Origin: Octopus vulgaris
Taxonomy: Eukaryota
Assembly: GCA_951406725.2 (NCBI GenBank)
Contig: OX597818.1
Span: 40,672,001 to 40,736,000, forward strand
Direction of reading: 5' to 3'
Length of the DNA: 64,000 nt
Under the pieces are notes generated by a model that was given only the letters and a program-made list of their open reading frames with translations, did no database searches and was not told where the DNA came from. Both the position numbers and the translations under genes were made by a program. The first letter of the stretch is position 1; each line of letters starts with the position of its first letter. Shown in pieces: positions 40,107 through 53,990 of this stretch.

Positions 40107-40271
40107 TTGGCGTTAGGAAGGGCATTGGCGTTAGGAGGGGCATCCAGCCGTAGAAGCATTGCCAGATCAGACTAGGCCTGGTGCAGCCTTCTGGCTTCCC
40201 AGACCCCAGTTGAACCGTCCAACCCATGCCAGCATGGAAAGCGGACGGTAAACGATGATGATGATGATGAT
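40107..40271 (+). mobile_element. Retroposon 3' fragment with (GAT)n tail
   Basis: TTGGCGTTAGGA(A/G)GGGCA twice, then CCATGCCAGCATGGAAAGCGGACG and (GAT)n. Confidence 0.8.
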
Positions 40272-40625
40272 ATATATTTAGGTAACAGAATGCCGCCAAC
40301 CTTTAGGGAAGAAGTTTGCATAGGTGTGTTAGTGAGTATGTTCACTTTTTCAGACAAATGTTCTGGGCCAACTCGTATAAGCTGTTATAGAAAGAAGAGC
40401 GCTATAGATGAATTGGAGAACTTATTTTTAGTAATGGTGTTGACTGTTTCCGGTTTAGTTTCGCATTTAGTATTCTTATAAAGTATTTTTCTTTTGCCAT
40501 TCGTAGTGGATCTATTTCATCTTTTATTTTTTTAAAAGGGGAATATTTAAAATTTTCTATTTGCACAAGTGCTCAGATGTTTACTAAATGGAAGATCTTT
40601 AAAGTGAAATCTTTAAATTAGCATA

Positions 40626-40845
40626 TACAAGAGGATGCTGAAAAGTTTTTGCCTTTATGGATATCACGAAAGGCTGACTGGAGGTCCAGCCTTCCGAGTT
40701 CTTTTACAGGGCTTAGAAAAATTGAAGGACCACTGCAATAGGTATGTGAACCTGAGACGGGAATATGTTGAATAAAATCATAATTAACTGATCCTCCGTT
40801 ATTTTCTTTTACCTAAAGCTAGGAAATTTTCAGCATCCTCTCGTA
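40626..40845. mobile_element. Mariner-derived MITE, complete
   Basis: TA-CAAGAGGATGCTGAAAA ... TTTTCAGCATCCTCTCG-TA; interior retains the transposase 3' end (...EYVE*). Confidence 0.85.
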
Positions 40846-41246
40846 CGTCTTGCCACATTGAATCTACCATTCATAAGCCATATGATAAAATCAAGATATC
40901 AGCTTTCACATACCGTCATGTTTTGGCGCATGACAGGAAATTTTATTATTCAAACATGGCGGTTTATAAATAGTCCGAATTGGCATTTCGCCTGAAATAT
41001 CTTTGAATTTCAGAATATCAATCCCAGTGATTAATAGAATTAGTAATTCAGTCGTTAAACTGGTAATAGTGAATAATAAGGCCATTCTGTACTTTATAAA
41101 TACACGTATTCATTCTATAAAAGTACTGAAGTCTCCCTGCTTCATTCTATATTATCAGTTTTTGATAAGCATTATAGTATATGTGTGATGTGTGTGTGTG
41201 TATGTAATGTTGAAAGACTGAGATAGATAGATAGACAGACAGACAG

Positions 41247-41392
<146 letters not shown>

Positions 41393-41586
41393 GAAGAGAG
41401 AGATAGGTAAAGTGTGGCGGAAATAGATAAGGAAAGAGAGAGACAGAGAGACAGAGAAAGAAGAAGGGAGAGAGATAAATATTTCGTGATAAAAGGAAGA
41501 ATGGGTTACGAGGAAGAGGAAATGGAAAATAAAGATGAGCGAGTTAGAAGAAAACTACACAGTTAAACAGAAAAAGAGTAATAATT

Positions 41587-42080
41587 TCTCAAATAGATAA
41601 TATGAGATAAGCAAACTTTTGGAGACGGGATCGATTGAACAACGTCTACTTATTTTATCGATCGCCTTACTTTATCAGGTAATATGGACTGATTCGGAAC
41701 TCGTACCATTTCAATTTGCAACGTAAACGAACGTCGAAATCAGCGAAGACTTCAGCAGAGGTCGATGAGAAGTGACCAGTCGTTCCTAAGAAACGTATTA
41801 AAGAACTAGTAGTCCATTTAACTATGAACTATAAGATATTTCGCACGTCTTTAATAATAATAATGATGAACAAAGACAGAGAACCAGAAAGTTTTGTGGA
41901 GGCGTTAGTCAATAAAAAAAGAACCGTCTGCGTGAAAGGAAAAGGAAAACCAGCAGAGAAAAGAAAAAATTGCCCTTGCTAAAGCTTTGAACAGGGCAAA
42001 TACCGCCAATCAATTAGTACACTGTTTACAGATGCTTGCGTTTTTTATGCTTTCCGTGAATTTTTCGCGGGTCCAGCTAG
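41587..42080 (+). mobile_element. Probable non-autonomous Helitron (5' end uncertain)
   Basis: 3' hairpin CCGTGAATTTTTCGCGG shortly before CTAG|T at 42077-42080; candidate TC start near 41587. Confidence 0.5.
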
Positions 42081-42198
42081 TATGGTATAATTATAAACAG
42101 AGCAAGTTTTAGCCATTTCTTCGCATTCTGACAGACTTCAGAGAAGCAAGCAGCCATATATATATGTGTGTATGAATATAGATGTATGTATGTATGCA

Positions 42199-42268
<70 letters not shown>

Positions 42269-42645
42269 GTCGAAAGACCCTTGTCCTACGTCCTGGTTTT
42301 GTTTTTATCCTTACCATTATTGTTTTTACGTTTTTGTATTCTTATTCGTGCTTTCCTTATTGTTTTCACGTATTTTTGTATTTTTATTCGTGTACATCGT
42401 CCGTTTTCCGTCCTTGTGTTGTATACATTCGAGGCTTTCTTCCAAAGGATCTAATGCGCTTGGCTTAGATTTCCCTTGGTGGCTGCCCAGATCGGAGCAA
42501 TCTCAAGATTAATCAGCCGAAATTGCGAAGATGATCCGGTTCTTGACTGATGACCGAGAGCTTCGAATGTCCCGTCCTGTGGTTCTTGTGTCGTCTTCTA
42601 GGTGTTTCACGTTCTTGTCCCAGTTTGTATATATTTTTTACTCTT

Positions 42646-42710
<65 letters not shown>

Positions 42711-43227
42711 ATACACACGCGCGCACACACAAACGTGTGTATGTATTACATTAGCTGTCTAGATAAACAGGTTCATAGAAATTAAAAACTTAGATGATGA
42801 AGTGAAGTCTTAGTGATACTTTTAACACAAGACAATAATTGCTTTTATATATCTACCTAATATATGTCATTCGTCATCTCATATTTTTATCTTTTTCTCA
42901 TATATTATTTTTACTATAAGTAGTTTCATCATTTGTTCCTACTTGAATTTTCTTTGGAATCCTTTTTTATATAATCTATATCCTTCATCTGCATTATATT
43001 GTTTGACAAGTTGTTTGATATTATTTGTTCTGTTCCTTGTTAGTAGCGGGACATTGTGAATCTCTACTTTCGCTCTGATCAAAAGAGAGCGAGAGAATTC
43101 TTTATATTTCAGATATGTCATCTTGTATCTGCAAGCAAGGATCGAGTGCAATTCAATTCTAAAATGTTTATGTACATACATACATACATACATACATATA
43201 TACATACATACATACATACATGCATAA

Positions 43228-43263
<36 letters not shown>

Positions 43264-43457
43264 GTGTGTGAGTGTGTGTGTGTATGTGTGTGTATGTAAA
43301 CTTACTTACAAGAGGATGCATGGCGTTCAATCATATAATAATATAAATAATATATATATGCATATATACATACGTATATGTACATACATCTATACGTATA
43401 TATGTAAGCATGTGTGGGCACAGGATGTCATGAAATGTATACAACAAAAAATAGGAA

Positions 43458-43766
43458 GCACGAGCACATGGAACATGAACTATTGTTTCGAACAACGAAA
43501 GACACAAATGGAAATCAAAACAAACAACATAAAGAACGACCCTTCATCAGTTGTTGGTTGATTTTCTAGTCCCGTGTTTCGAGCATTTAACAACAATATA
43601 CGCTTTCGATAAAACAGATGCTCCCGCAAAGCAAATTAAATAATATTTAGGATTTTGCGGAGGGTCAAAATTGGTAACACAAACAGTGGTTCTTTATATT
43701 GTTTGTTTTGTTTTCCATTTTCCATTCGTTGTTCGAAAGAATAGTTCATGTTCCATGTACTCGTGC
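43458..43766. repeat. Fold-back inverted repeat with a minus-strand CTGATGA...GAAAC motif; probable Penelope-like terminus
   Basis: Arms 43458-43537 and 43689-43766; TCATCAG at 43544-43550. Confidence 0.7.
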
Positions 43767-43969
43767 ATCATGCAAATACCAAAGATTTGATTGTCAGTTG
43801 TTTGACTTTAACCAGTTGAGCATGTTCCTTAGTGGCTGACGATATGTGCATCTGATCACGAGCAGAAGTAGTTGGGGAATATCATAGCTATGTGTTGAGA
43901 GGAATTCTTTGGGATTTGAATAATCCACTTCTGAAAATATGGCTATTTTGCTCATCATCCTTAAACAAA

Positions 43970-44450
43970 ACTGAAATTTTAGGGTAGAGGTCTAGTCGAT
44001 TACATTGAACCCAGTGTTCAACTGGTATTTTTTTATCGAACCCCAAACGATGAAATGCAAAGTCGTCCCTGGTGGAAGTTGAACTCAGAACGGAAAGCCA
44101 GAAGAAATGTCGCTAAGCAATTTATCCGGTGTGCTAACGGTTATGCCAGCTCTGTAGCGCGTCGGACCAAATGTGTAGCAGCGTTTTTTCCGGCTTTACG
44201 TTCTAAAATCAAGTGTCACTGCGGCCGAGTTTCATTTTCGTCCTTTCGGGGTCGATAAAATCGGTACCAGCTGATCACTGTGATCGATGCAATCGACTTG
44301 ACCCTTCTCTCAATAATTTCTGGCCTTGTATTAAATTCAGAAAATATGATTATTATTATCAAGGCGGCAAGCAGCCACGACTGTTAGCGCGTCGAACAAA
44401 ATGTTTAGGTACTTAGAGGTATTTCTTCAGGTTCTTTACGTTCTGAGTGC
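43970..44450. mobile_element. Cluster of degenerate family A SINE pieces in both orientations
   Basis: TTGAACTCAGAACG (minus copy), TCCTTTCGGGGTCGATAAAA (plus copy), third head at about 44362. Confidence 0.7.
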
Positions 44451-44451
44451 A

Positions 44452-44459
44452 AGTAGTAA

Positions 44460-44494
<35 letters not shown>

Positions 44495-44495
44495 A

Positions 44496-44540
<45 letters not shown>

Positions 44541-44686
44541 CAGTAACAGTAGCAGCAGCAGCAACAGTAGCAGCAGCAGCAGTAGTAGTAGTTGTAGTAG
44601 TAGTATATAGTAGTAGTAGTAGTAGTAGTAGTAGTAGCAGCAGCAACAGCAGCAGCAGCAGTAGTAGTAGTAGTAGTAGTAGTAGT

Positions 44687-44722
<36 letters not shown>

Positions 44723-44780
44723 CACTACTAATAAAAGTAGCAGCAGCTGCAGGCAACAGTAAAAACAGCAGTAGCAGCAT
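44452..44780. repeat. (AGT/AGC)n tract switching to (ACT)n, forming a self-complementary microsatellite
   Basis: (TAG)n is directly followed by (CTA)n at about 44686. Confidence 0.9.
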
Positions 44781-45139
44781 AACGAGGAGGAATAATAAAA
44801 ATAAATGTTGGCAGACATTTGACCAATTTTATTTCCTATTTCGTGGCAAATTTTATCCGTGTCCCTTATTCCAGCTACAGTTTCACTGACGCCATCTTTT
44901 GCAAGAGACGCAGAATAAATAAAGAGCTCTAATGTAACAATCGTTCGTTGTGGTCGGACTTCTTGATGTTTTGCGCCATCACATCCGTTCTCTAGTTGAT
45001 TTGCATATTTTCCGGAACAATCCGATTTAGTGCAGAGACGTCATTCAATGAAACAAATACAGAATCCATAATTGGTTCATCAGAAACACGCTAATAGCAA
45101 CAACAATAACGACAGTGATGATGATGATAATAATAATAA

Positions 45140-45352
45140 TCCTTTCTACTGGAGGGACAAGGCCTCAAATTTGTGGGGAGGGGACTAGCCAATTACATTG
45201 ACCCCAGTGTTTCACTGGTACTTATTTTACCAAGCCCGAAAGGATGAAAGGCAAAGTTGACCCCGGGTGGAATCTGAACTCAGAACGTAGCGACGGGTGG
45301 AATAACGCTAAGCTTTCGCCCGGCGCACTAACGATTCTGCCAGCTCGCTGAC
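45140..45352 (-). mobile_element. Family A SINE (alternative tail) in an (AAT)n tract
   Basis: Core and head match; (AAT)n on both sides. Confidence 0.82.
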
Positions 45353-45431
<79 letters not shown>

Positions 45432-45552
45432 TAAAAATAATAATAATAATAATTATAATAATGATGATGATAATAAAAAGAAGATAATTCATTTCATTTC
45501 TGATGTGTTTCGTTTACTCTGTTGGGTGTGTATATATATATATATATATACC

Positions 45553-45702
45553 ATCCGAGTTCTTTTACAGAGCTTCGAAAAACTGAAGGACTACAGCAAT
45601 AGTGAGTGAATTTTAGAGGGGAACATATTGAATACAATCATAATTAGCTGATCCTCCTGTATTTACTTTTACCCATAGCCAGGAACTTTTCACCACCCCA
45701 TA
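45553..45702. mobile_element. Truncated copy of the mariner-derived MITE
   Basis: TCCGAGTTCTTTTACAG...GGAACTTTTCACCACCCC matches 40693-40845. Confidence 0.75.
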
Positions 45703-46289
45703 GTGTGTGTATGTGTGTGTGTGTGTGCGCGCGCGCGTTTGTATATCTATATATATTTGCAAGTCTTTGTGAAAAATTGCTTAATACAGTTTTTAAGCAT
45801 AAAAAGGAATAAAAATAAATTATATTTTTATCAGGATGTTTCTAACCGTTTTTTGAAGATGTTTTTTCCTAGTGTGTGAGGGCTTTCGATTAAGCTTTTC
45901 AAACACACATGCTCTTAGTTAATATTTCGGCCACATACATACACTATACAGATGCGCACTATTTGATCATAGAGACACACATGTGCACACACTACGTGAA
46001 AAAGCACACATCAACTGCTACGTCCAACGCACACACACATGTTACACAAGCTCAAACACACGCAGACACACACAAGTCAAACTCACTCGTCCCCATTCAC
46101 ACATACACACTTACAAACTTACACATACTATTCTCACACACACACACACACACGCTTGCGCACCTCCTTTTGTTGGGATCATCATTATTATCTCCCTATC
46201 ATGCAAGCTCATTTTTTTCCAATCTTTCGCCATGTTGGACCACTAAACTGTGCTCATTTTTCTTCTTGTTTCTCTATTTATTTCCTCTT

Positions 46290-46332
46290 AGTCCTTTCTG
46301 TCGAAGAGCGTAGGCTCGAAACGTAAAAGACT
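46290..46332 (+). ncRNA. Minimal type I hammerhead-like motif with variant core
   Basis: AGTCCTTT-CTGTCGA-A-GAGC-GTAG-GCTC-GAA-ACGT-A-AAAGACT: stems I and II pair, palindromic ACGT stem III, A6 replaced by U. Confidence 0.55.
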
Positions 46333-46525
46333 TTCGCGCCCGACATCACAAAATGCGTCTGAATAAACATTGCCGCACAGCAAATAGAGACTCGGACATT
46401 GCTTAGAAAATATTTTTCATTTTTAACCTCGTATATAGTACGCATTAGGGATTTTGACATATAAATTATGGGAAAAAATGTGGATTATACTCGAGGATTT
46501 ACGGTACATTGATAGATAGACAGAC

Positions 46526-46920
<395 letters not shown>

Positions 46921-46955
46921 ACAGGCAGGGAGGAAAAAATACATGAGAGCAAAGT

Positions 46956-47002
<47 letters not shown>

Positions 47003-47023
47003 ACGATTTACAGGATCATGCTC

Positions 47024-47076
<53 letters not shown>

Positions 47077-47077
47077 C

Positions 47078-47172
<95 letters not shown>

Positions 47173-47514
47173 TGAAATATGAATGATGAAATGTGAATGA
47201 AAAAAGAAAAGAGAAAAGAAATGATTTGAGGTTGATGAACGAGAGTAAAAGTGAAGAAAATGGACATGTGTAAGGTAGTTGTAGTTATTTCTTGTAAGAA
47301 ATAAGTATAATAGAACGGTGAATATCACTACACAGAATTAGAATCTTAATAAAATGTGTATGTAAACAATATAGGAGAGCTCTTCAACACTCGAGGAAAC
47401 TGGGGGGAAGCAGGGAAATAAAACAGAACAAAATGAAAAGGCTCTCCAAGATGAGAGACGCAAACACCATGACAACGATAACGAGAAAGAAAGGAGAAAT
47501 TAAGATGGCGACTA

Positions 47515-47925
47515 CAGATGATGATGGCGGTGGTAGCGGTGACAGCGGTGACGTTGACTGCGGCAGCAGCGGTAGTTGTGGTGGTGGCAGTGGTGGTGGT
47601 GGTGGTGGTGGTGGTGGTAGCGGTGGTGGTGGTGGTGGTTGTGGTGGTGGTGGTGGTGGTTGTGGTGGTGGTGGTGGTGGCGGTGGTGGTGGTGGTGGTG
47701 GTGGTGGTGGTGGTGGTGGTGGCGGTGGTGGTGGTGGTGGTGATGGTAGTGGTGTTGGTGATGGCAGTGGTGGTGGTGGTGGTGGCAGTGGTGGTAGTGG
47801 TGCTGATGGTGGTGGTGGTGGCAGTGGTTGTAGTGGCAGTGATGGTGGTGGTGGTGATGGTGGTGGTGGTGGCAGTGGTTATAGTGTCAGTGGTTATAGT
47901 AGCAGTGATTGTGGTGGTGGTTGTT
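47515..47925. repeat. (GGT)n-type microsatellite
   Basis: Directly visible. Confidence 0.95.
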
Positions 47926-48338
47926 TGGCCTGACATTATCGACTCGGTATCAACAAGTGACAAAAGCAATATGAAAGATTTCATTAAAACAGGCGTAATT
48001 AGCTAATTTATTAGCAATCATCTAGCAGCGAGAATATCTTAAGTAGGTAGTGTAGAATCGAATGCAATACGGGTCTTTAAATGATCTGAAGTGCTTAGCG
48101 ATAAGTGGTTACAATGGTAAGTGGTTAGCTGTATGGATTCTATAACGTCCTGGACGTTGCTATGGGATCGTTCTTTAATACCATCTTTGTTTACAAAGAA
48201 ACATTCGGTAGCAACAATCCTTTGCCGTTTCTGTTTCTTCTGTCGAGCCATTTTTTTTTTGTTCGTATGTACCTATTTCCTGAATTAGTAACATACACAC
48301 GCTCACATATATACACACAAATGCATGTATCTGCATAC

Positions 48339-48374
<36 letters not shown>

Positions 48375-48541
48375 GCACACACAGGTAGATAGATAGATAG
48401 AAAGCGAGAGATAAATATATAGAAAGATAGATAGATAGATATACGCATGCAAACATATATATGCACGCCTAAATACATACGTGTATACATAGATATATAT
48501 GTATATATATATATATATGTATGTGAATATATGTATGTGTA

Positions 48542-48589
<48 letters not shown>

Positions 48590-48731
48590 GACACATAATT
48601 ACATACATATATATATATATGTAAACATGTATGTATTTATGTGAGCATGTATATATGTGTGCATGCATATTTCTACCTATCTATCAATCAATCTATCTAT
48701 TTATCTATTTTGTATACACACACACACACAC

Positions 48732-48774
<43 letters not shown>

Positions 48775-49394
48775 TACATAGATGGAACGATACATTTACA
48801 GATAGATAGATGGATAGATAAATACATACATACATACATAGATCGATAGATAGACGCATACATACTTACATATAACGGTTTGTATTTAAGGTACAGGAAT
48901 ACCAGATGTGAAAGGCGGTAGATTACTCGATGCCAAAGATCCTAGTACAGGAAAGGTATTTTATCTTATTGATCCTGAACTTGAAATTAACCGCGGAGGG
49001 ATTAAGTAAAGAACCGGAAGAAATATAAAAAGGCATTTTTTCCGACGCTTTGAAGTGTTTTCCAATCTGCGACCCTCACCCTACTCCAGTCCACTCACCT
49101 ATAAATGGGTAACCCTGTGACGGATTGCCTTCCGTCTAGAGAGAATGCTGGCATGCTGGCCTAGCCAGTGGGTTGGCATCATCGGTAAGCGAAAAACGAT
49201 GCAAAGCGCATTGTGACCAGCGATGTATAACAACATCCGGTGGCCTGGTCGATCACGTGATACACACTCACATACACACACATATATTGCAAGAGATGTA
49301 GAAGAAAAAAATAACTTTAACTGTAACAATCGTTCGTTCGACAATAACGAACGTTTGTTACATGTATGCATGTATATATACATGCATATATGTA

Positions 49395-49437
<43 letters not shown>

Positions 49438-49439
<2 letters not shown>

Positions 49440-49805
49440 AGATGAATATGGTACTTAAGTTGAGGTACCAGAATTTAGTACAGTATCATCCATACAATTT
49501 CAAAATAAGATGATTAAAATCAAAATAAGCAACAGGGATATCCAGAGGTAATGCAGTACGATTGTTTCAAGCAACTCTATTTAATTGATCAATGCAATCA
49601 TTATATGAATTTAAAGGCAAAGCAATCCTCCGCTGCACAAAGACATAGAATTTAACTAAATATACGCGTCCATTTGTTTTAATTTAATTAAATTCTGTCT
49701 TTATGCAGCTGAGGATTGCTCTGCATTTAAATTGGTGTAACGATTGTATTGTTCAATTAAATGGAGTTACTTGAAACGATCGAACTGCATTACCTCTGGA
49801 TATCC
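49438..49805. mobile_element. Penelope-like fold-back element with two divergent hammerhead folds
   Basis: Arms about 49536-49656 and 49688-49805; folds at 49552-49637 (-) and 49704-49789 (+); flanked by (TA)n. Confidence 0.75.
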
Positions 49806-50074
49806 TTTTTGCTTATATATATATATGTGTGTGTGTGTGCGTGTGTAGACAAGCATATGGGTATGTGTCTGTATGTGTACATTTGCATAAGTACGTATGC
49901 TGCACCGTTGTTGTAAGGCAGGGTTGGGTATAATTTACTGATATGTTGCCCATGATTGTAGAGTAACTCTTACTCTACAGTAATTCATGTTTTTCTTCTT
50001 TCTCAGTGCTTGCAAATAATGAACTTGTAGCGGAAGAAACGTGCCATCAATGAGTCCAATAATAAGAACACAAT

Positions 50075-50268
50075 GCTTGAAATTTTGGAGGAGGGTAGTT
50101 GTCGATTAAATCGACCCCAGTGTTTCGCTGGTGCTTAATTTATCGACCCCAAAAAGATGAAATGCAAAATAGACCTTGGCGGAATTTGAACTCAGAACGT
50201 AATGACGGAGGAAATGCCACGCAACATTTTTCCCGGCGTGCTAACGATTCTGCCAGCTCATCGCCTTG
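50075..50268 (-). mobile_element. Family A SINE
   Basis: ATTTGAACTCAGAACG and GTGCTAACGATTCTGCCAGCTC. Confidence 0.8.
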
Positions 50269-51024
50269 TTAATAGTGATAATAATTCTTTTCTTTCCATT
50301 ATAGACGTTAAGAATTCACCAAATTTTTTACAGCTTGTTACAGTTCCAATATACTGGATTGGCAAAATTAGTATCAGTACTAAGTTGGAGAAGATAAATC
50401 TTTAGATTACCTACCTATATACTTACATAACGAAATAAAACAAACGTTTTTTCTTTAAGAAACCGTTAAACATTGCACAAGAGAAATGACTTGTCATTGA
50501 GACTTGAAACACTGAACAAGAATATCAAGATAAAAAAAATTATGCTGTTGATATAAAGAAATGAAATATTTCTGGCTGATATGAACCAGCCTCTCATTAA
50601 AGAAGTATTTCGTCTTAAATATACAGGAAAGAAGATATTTAAAATAAAATAAATGAGGTGCTATGACTTTTCTTACATAAACCAGAGCATTACGAGACAA
50701 GTCGATAAAGCTTCATAACTAAGACGTCATTGTTGCTTTTTTTGTCCTGCGTTACAAACAGGTCAATGAGGCACATACACACACACCCTCACACACACTC
50801 TTACACACACATACATATATAATACACACACACACACACACATATAAATAAATAAATATATATATATATATATATAGGTGAAAATGGGTAACCATGTTGA
50901 GACAGCCTGAGAGGGTTTAGTCGAACAAATCGACCCCAGTACATAACTGGTAATATTCTAACGGCTGCTTTTGCCGAACTGCTTATCTCTGTCTCTCTCC
51001 CTCCCTTTCTTCTCTTTCTCTCTT

Positions 51025-51101
<77 letters not shown>

Positions 51102-51111
51102 ATATACATAT

Positions 51112-51630
<519 letters not shown>

Positions 51631-51839
51631 ATAGTCCTTAGCCCCACCTTTAATAAACGTGTCTAGTATAAAGACTATAGATATACAAAACAACTCAAAG
51701 GTATTGCATCTCCCGAATGCTTGAAGTTCAATACACTAAAGATACCATTTCAAAAACTTTAGCAACAGACCCGGAAGTCATGGCCTAGGTGGGACCGGCT
51801 GTCTTTGGATGTCAAGAACTTATATCTATCTATCTGTCT

Positions 51840-51998
51840 GATACACGATCCCTATTGATCACTTTTTTTTTCTTTCCCTTTTACGATCCCTTTTGATCGA
51901 AAACCTACCCCAAATTTTATTTTTCTCTCCCCAAAAAGAAAAGTTCTACTTTGTAATCTGTCCCGTCTGTGTGCAGCCCTGTGTGGCTAATAAAGAAG
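51840..51998 (+). mobile_element. Putative LINE 3' tail
   Basis: Reverse-complement homologue of 46660-46835. Confidence 0.6.
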
Positions 51999-52004
51999 CA
52001 CATC

Positions 52005-52261
52005 ATCCGAAAAGCTCTACCTGCCACGATTTCATCTCAATCGAAGGAGAGGAGCTTTCTCCGTCCGGGTTGCGAATCCGTGGAACAAGCTGCCAGACGA
52101 GATGGTGAAGATGCCGACGACCGCTTTGTTCAAAGTCTCCCTTGACCTCAAGTGGCCTGAACTCTTTACATGAACACCACCCTGTACTTAACTCCATCTC
52201 CCCCTACATGGCCTTGCTATTTGCTTTTGAGCCAAATTAACTAACTAACTAACTAACTAAC
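52005..52261 (+). mobile_element. CR1 LINE 3' end (ORF2 C-terminus, 3'UTR, (TAAC)n tail)
   Basis: 52012-52173 translates uninterrupted as KLYLPRFHLNRRRGAFSVRVANPWNKLPDEMVKMPTTALFKVSLDLKWPELFT*, with the CR1 FSxRVxxxWNxLP motif. Confidence 0.85.
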
Positions 52262-52323
<62 letters not shown>

Positions 52324-52332
52324 TTATCTATT

Positions 52333-52363
<31 letters not shown>

Positions 52364-53608
52364 TTGTCTGGTTGTCTGCCTCTCTCTCTCTTTCTCTTAC
52401 ACATATATATGTGTGTGCGTATGTGCGTGTATTTGTGTGCGCGCGCACATATGTATTCCTCTATGTAATTGCTAAGTGTTAGAAATAGTTGTGTGAATGA
52501 TGGATTGACTGTAATAAGTAATATGACTTTGACAGACGTTGAAACGAAACTAACTTAAAAAAACTAGAGGAAAATTGAGTGTGAGAGAGAAAGTGAACGG
52601 CACAAATGAGAAAGAGAGCGGACGCGTGTGCGTGTGTATGCGCATGCGCATGCGTGCGGTTATGTGTATATTTAAAAAAGTTATTAAGAGCAGTCTAATT
52701 GAGGAGGTTCCCAACACGGACCTCACCGACATCACCATTACTATCAAAAAGACAAAAATTTCAGTAACCACAATTACAATTACGAGGAAAGAGAATATTG
52801 AAGAAATATAAGAAAATTTGAAGGATTAGAGCAGTATCGTGGCATAAGCAGTGATGTTGGAATGGTCGAAGAGTCTTGATTTTGTTGCGTTCTTTTTAGT
52901 GTTTTTTTGTTTTTTTTTCATTTGTGAAAATTAATTGAATAAGGAAGAAATTTGCTCTTGAAGTTGTAAAGTGGTTGTGGTGGACATAATTGTTGGTGGG
53001 TTGCGTGGGGGGTGGGGGTGAAATGGAATGATTTGGATAATATGATATAGGGTTAATAGATAGGGAGATCTAGAAGATAGGGAGGTAGATGGAAGAGGGA
53101 AACGAGAATGCTGAAGAGAAAATAGGAGCAAGGGGAAGGAAGGAAGGAAGGAAAAAATAAGAAAATTGAAAAAGGAAGCATGAGAATATTCCGGAGAGAC
53201 TACGTTACCGTATATATAACATTATGAGGATGGAATCTCTAGGAATGGAGCGAAAATGGTTTGGAGAGGAAAGAAAATTTTAAAGTGGCAACGTAGAAAT
53301 GGAAATATTTGATTGAGAGGTGTTGGAAAATTGTTGTTTCTGTAAATTCCTGTTGTTGTTACTTATGTTATGATTATCGTTGTTCTGTAACCTAATGTCA
53401 ATCCTGGCAGAGTGGACATATTAAGAAAACCGTTCCAGTCGTGACTATCACATATTTTTCTTCTCATGAGTCAGTAGGATCTAATTTGAAGACGATTTTG
53501 ACCCTATTTCAGCCGGTCGTAAAGCCAAGTTGATACCCCTTAATTTGTTTGCTGTTTTTTTTTGTGTCGATACTGTTGTTGTTGTTCTGGTTGCCAAGAC
53601 TGTTGCCA

Positions 53609-53848
53609 ACGGCGAGCTGGCAGAAACGTTAGCACACCGGGCGAAATGCTTAGCCGGCATTTCGTCTGCCGCTACGTTCTGAGTTCAAATTCCGCCGAGG
53701 TCGACTTTGACTTTCATCCTTTCAGGGTCGATTAAATAAGTACCAGTTACGCACTGGGGATCGATATAATTGACCTAATCCGTTTGTCTGTCCTTGTTTG
53801 TCCCCTCAGTGTCTTGCCCCATGTGGGCAGTAAAGAAATAAGAAATAA
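53609..53848 (+). mobile_element. Family A SINE monomer
   Basis: Full head to AAAGAAATAAGAAAT tail; AAGACTGT at both flanks. Confidence 0.9.
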
Positions 53849-53990
53849 GACTGTAGTTGTTATTTTAGATACTCTAAATTATAATTTTAATGATAATTAT
53901 TACCTTTGAAGGTTTTAATTCCCACGCTGGCCACTTGATAAGGTCGATATTTAAATAACAATCTTATCCTTATATATATATATATGTATA

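Noticed and set aside
42265-42645. TA-flanked repeat-like segment with CTGATGA at about 42547
   Set aside because: No properly placed GAAA or stems; possibly a PLE terminus but no hammerhead can be supported
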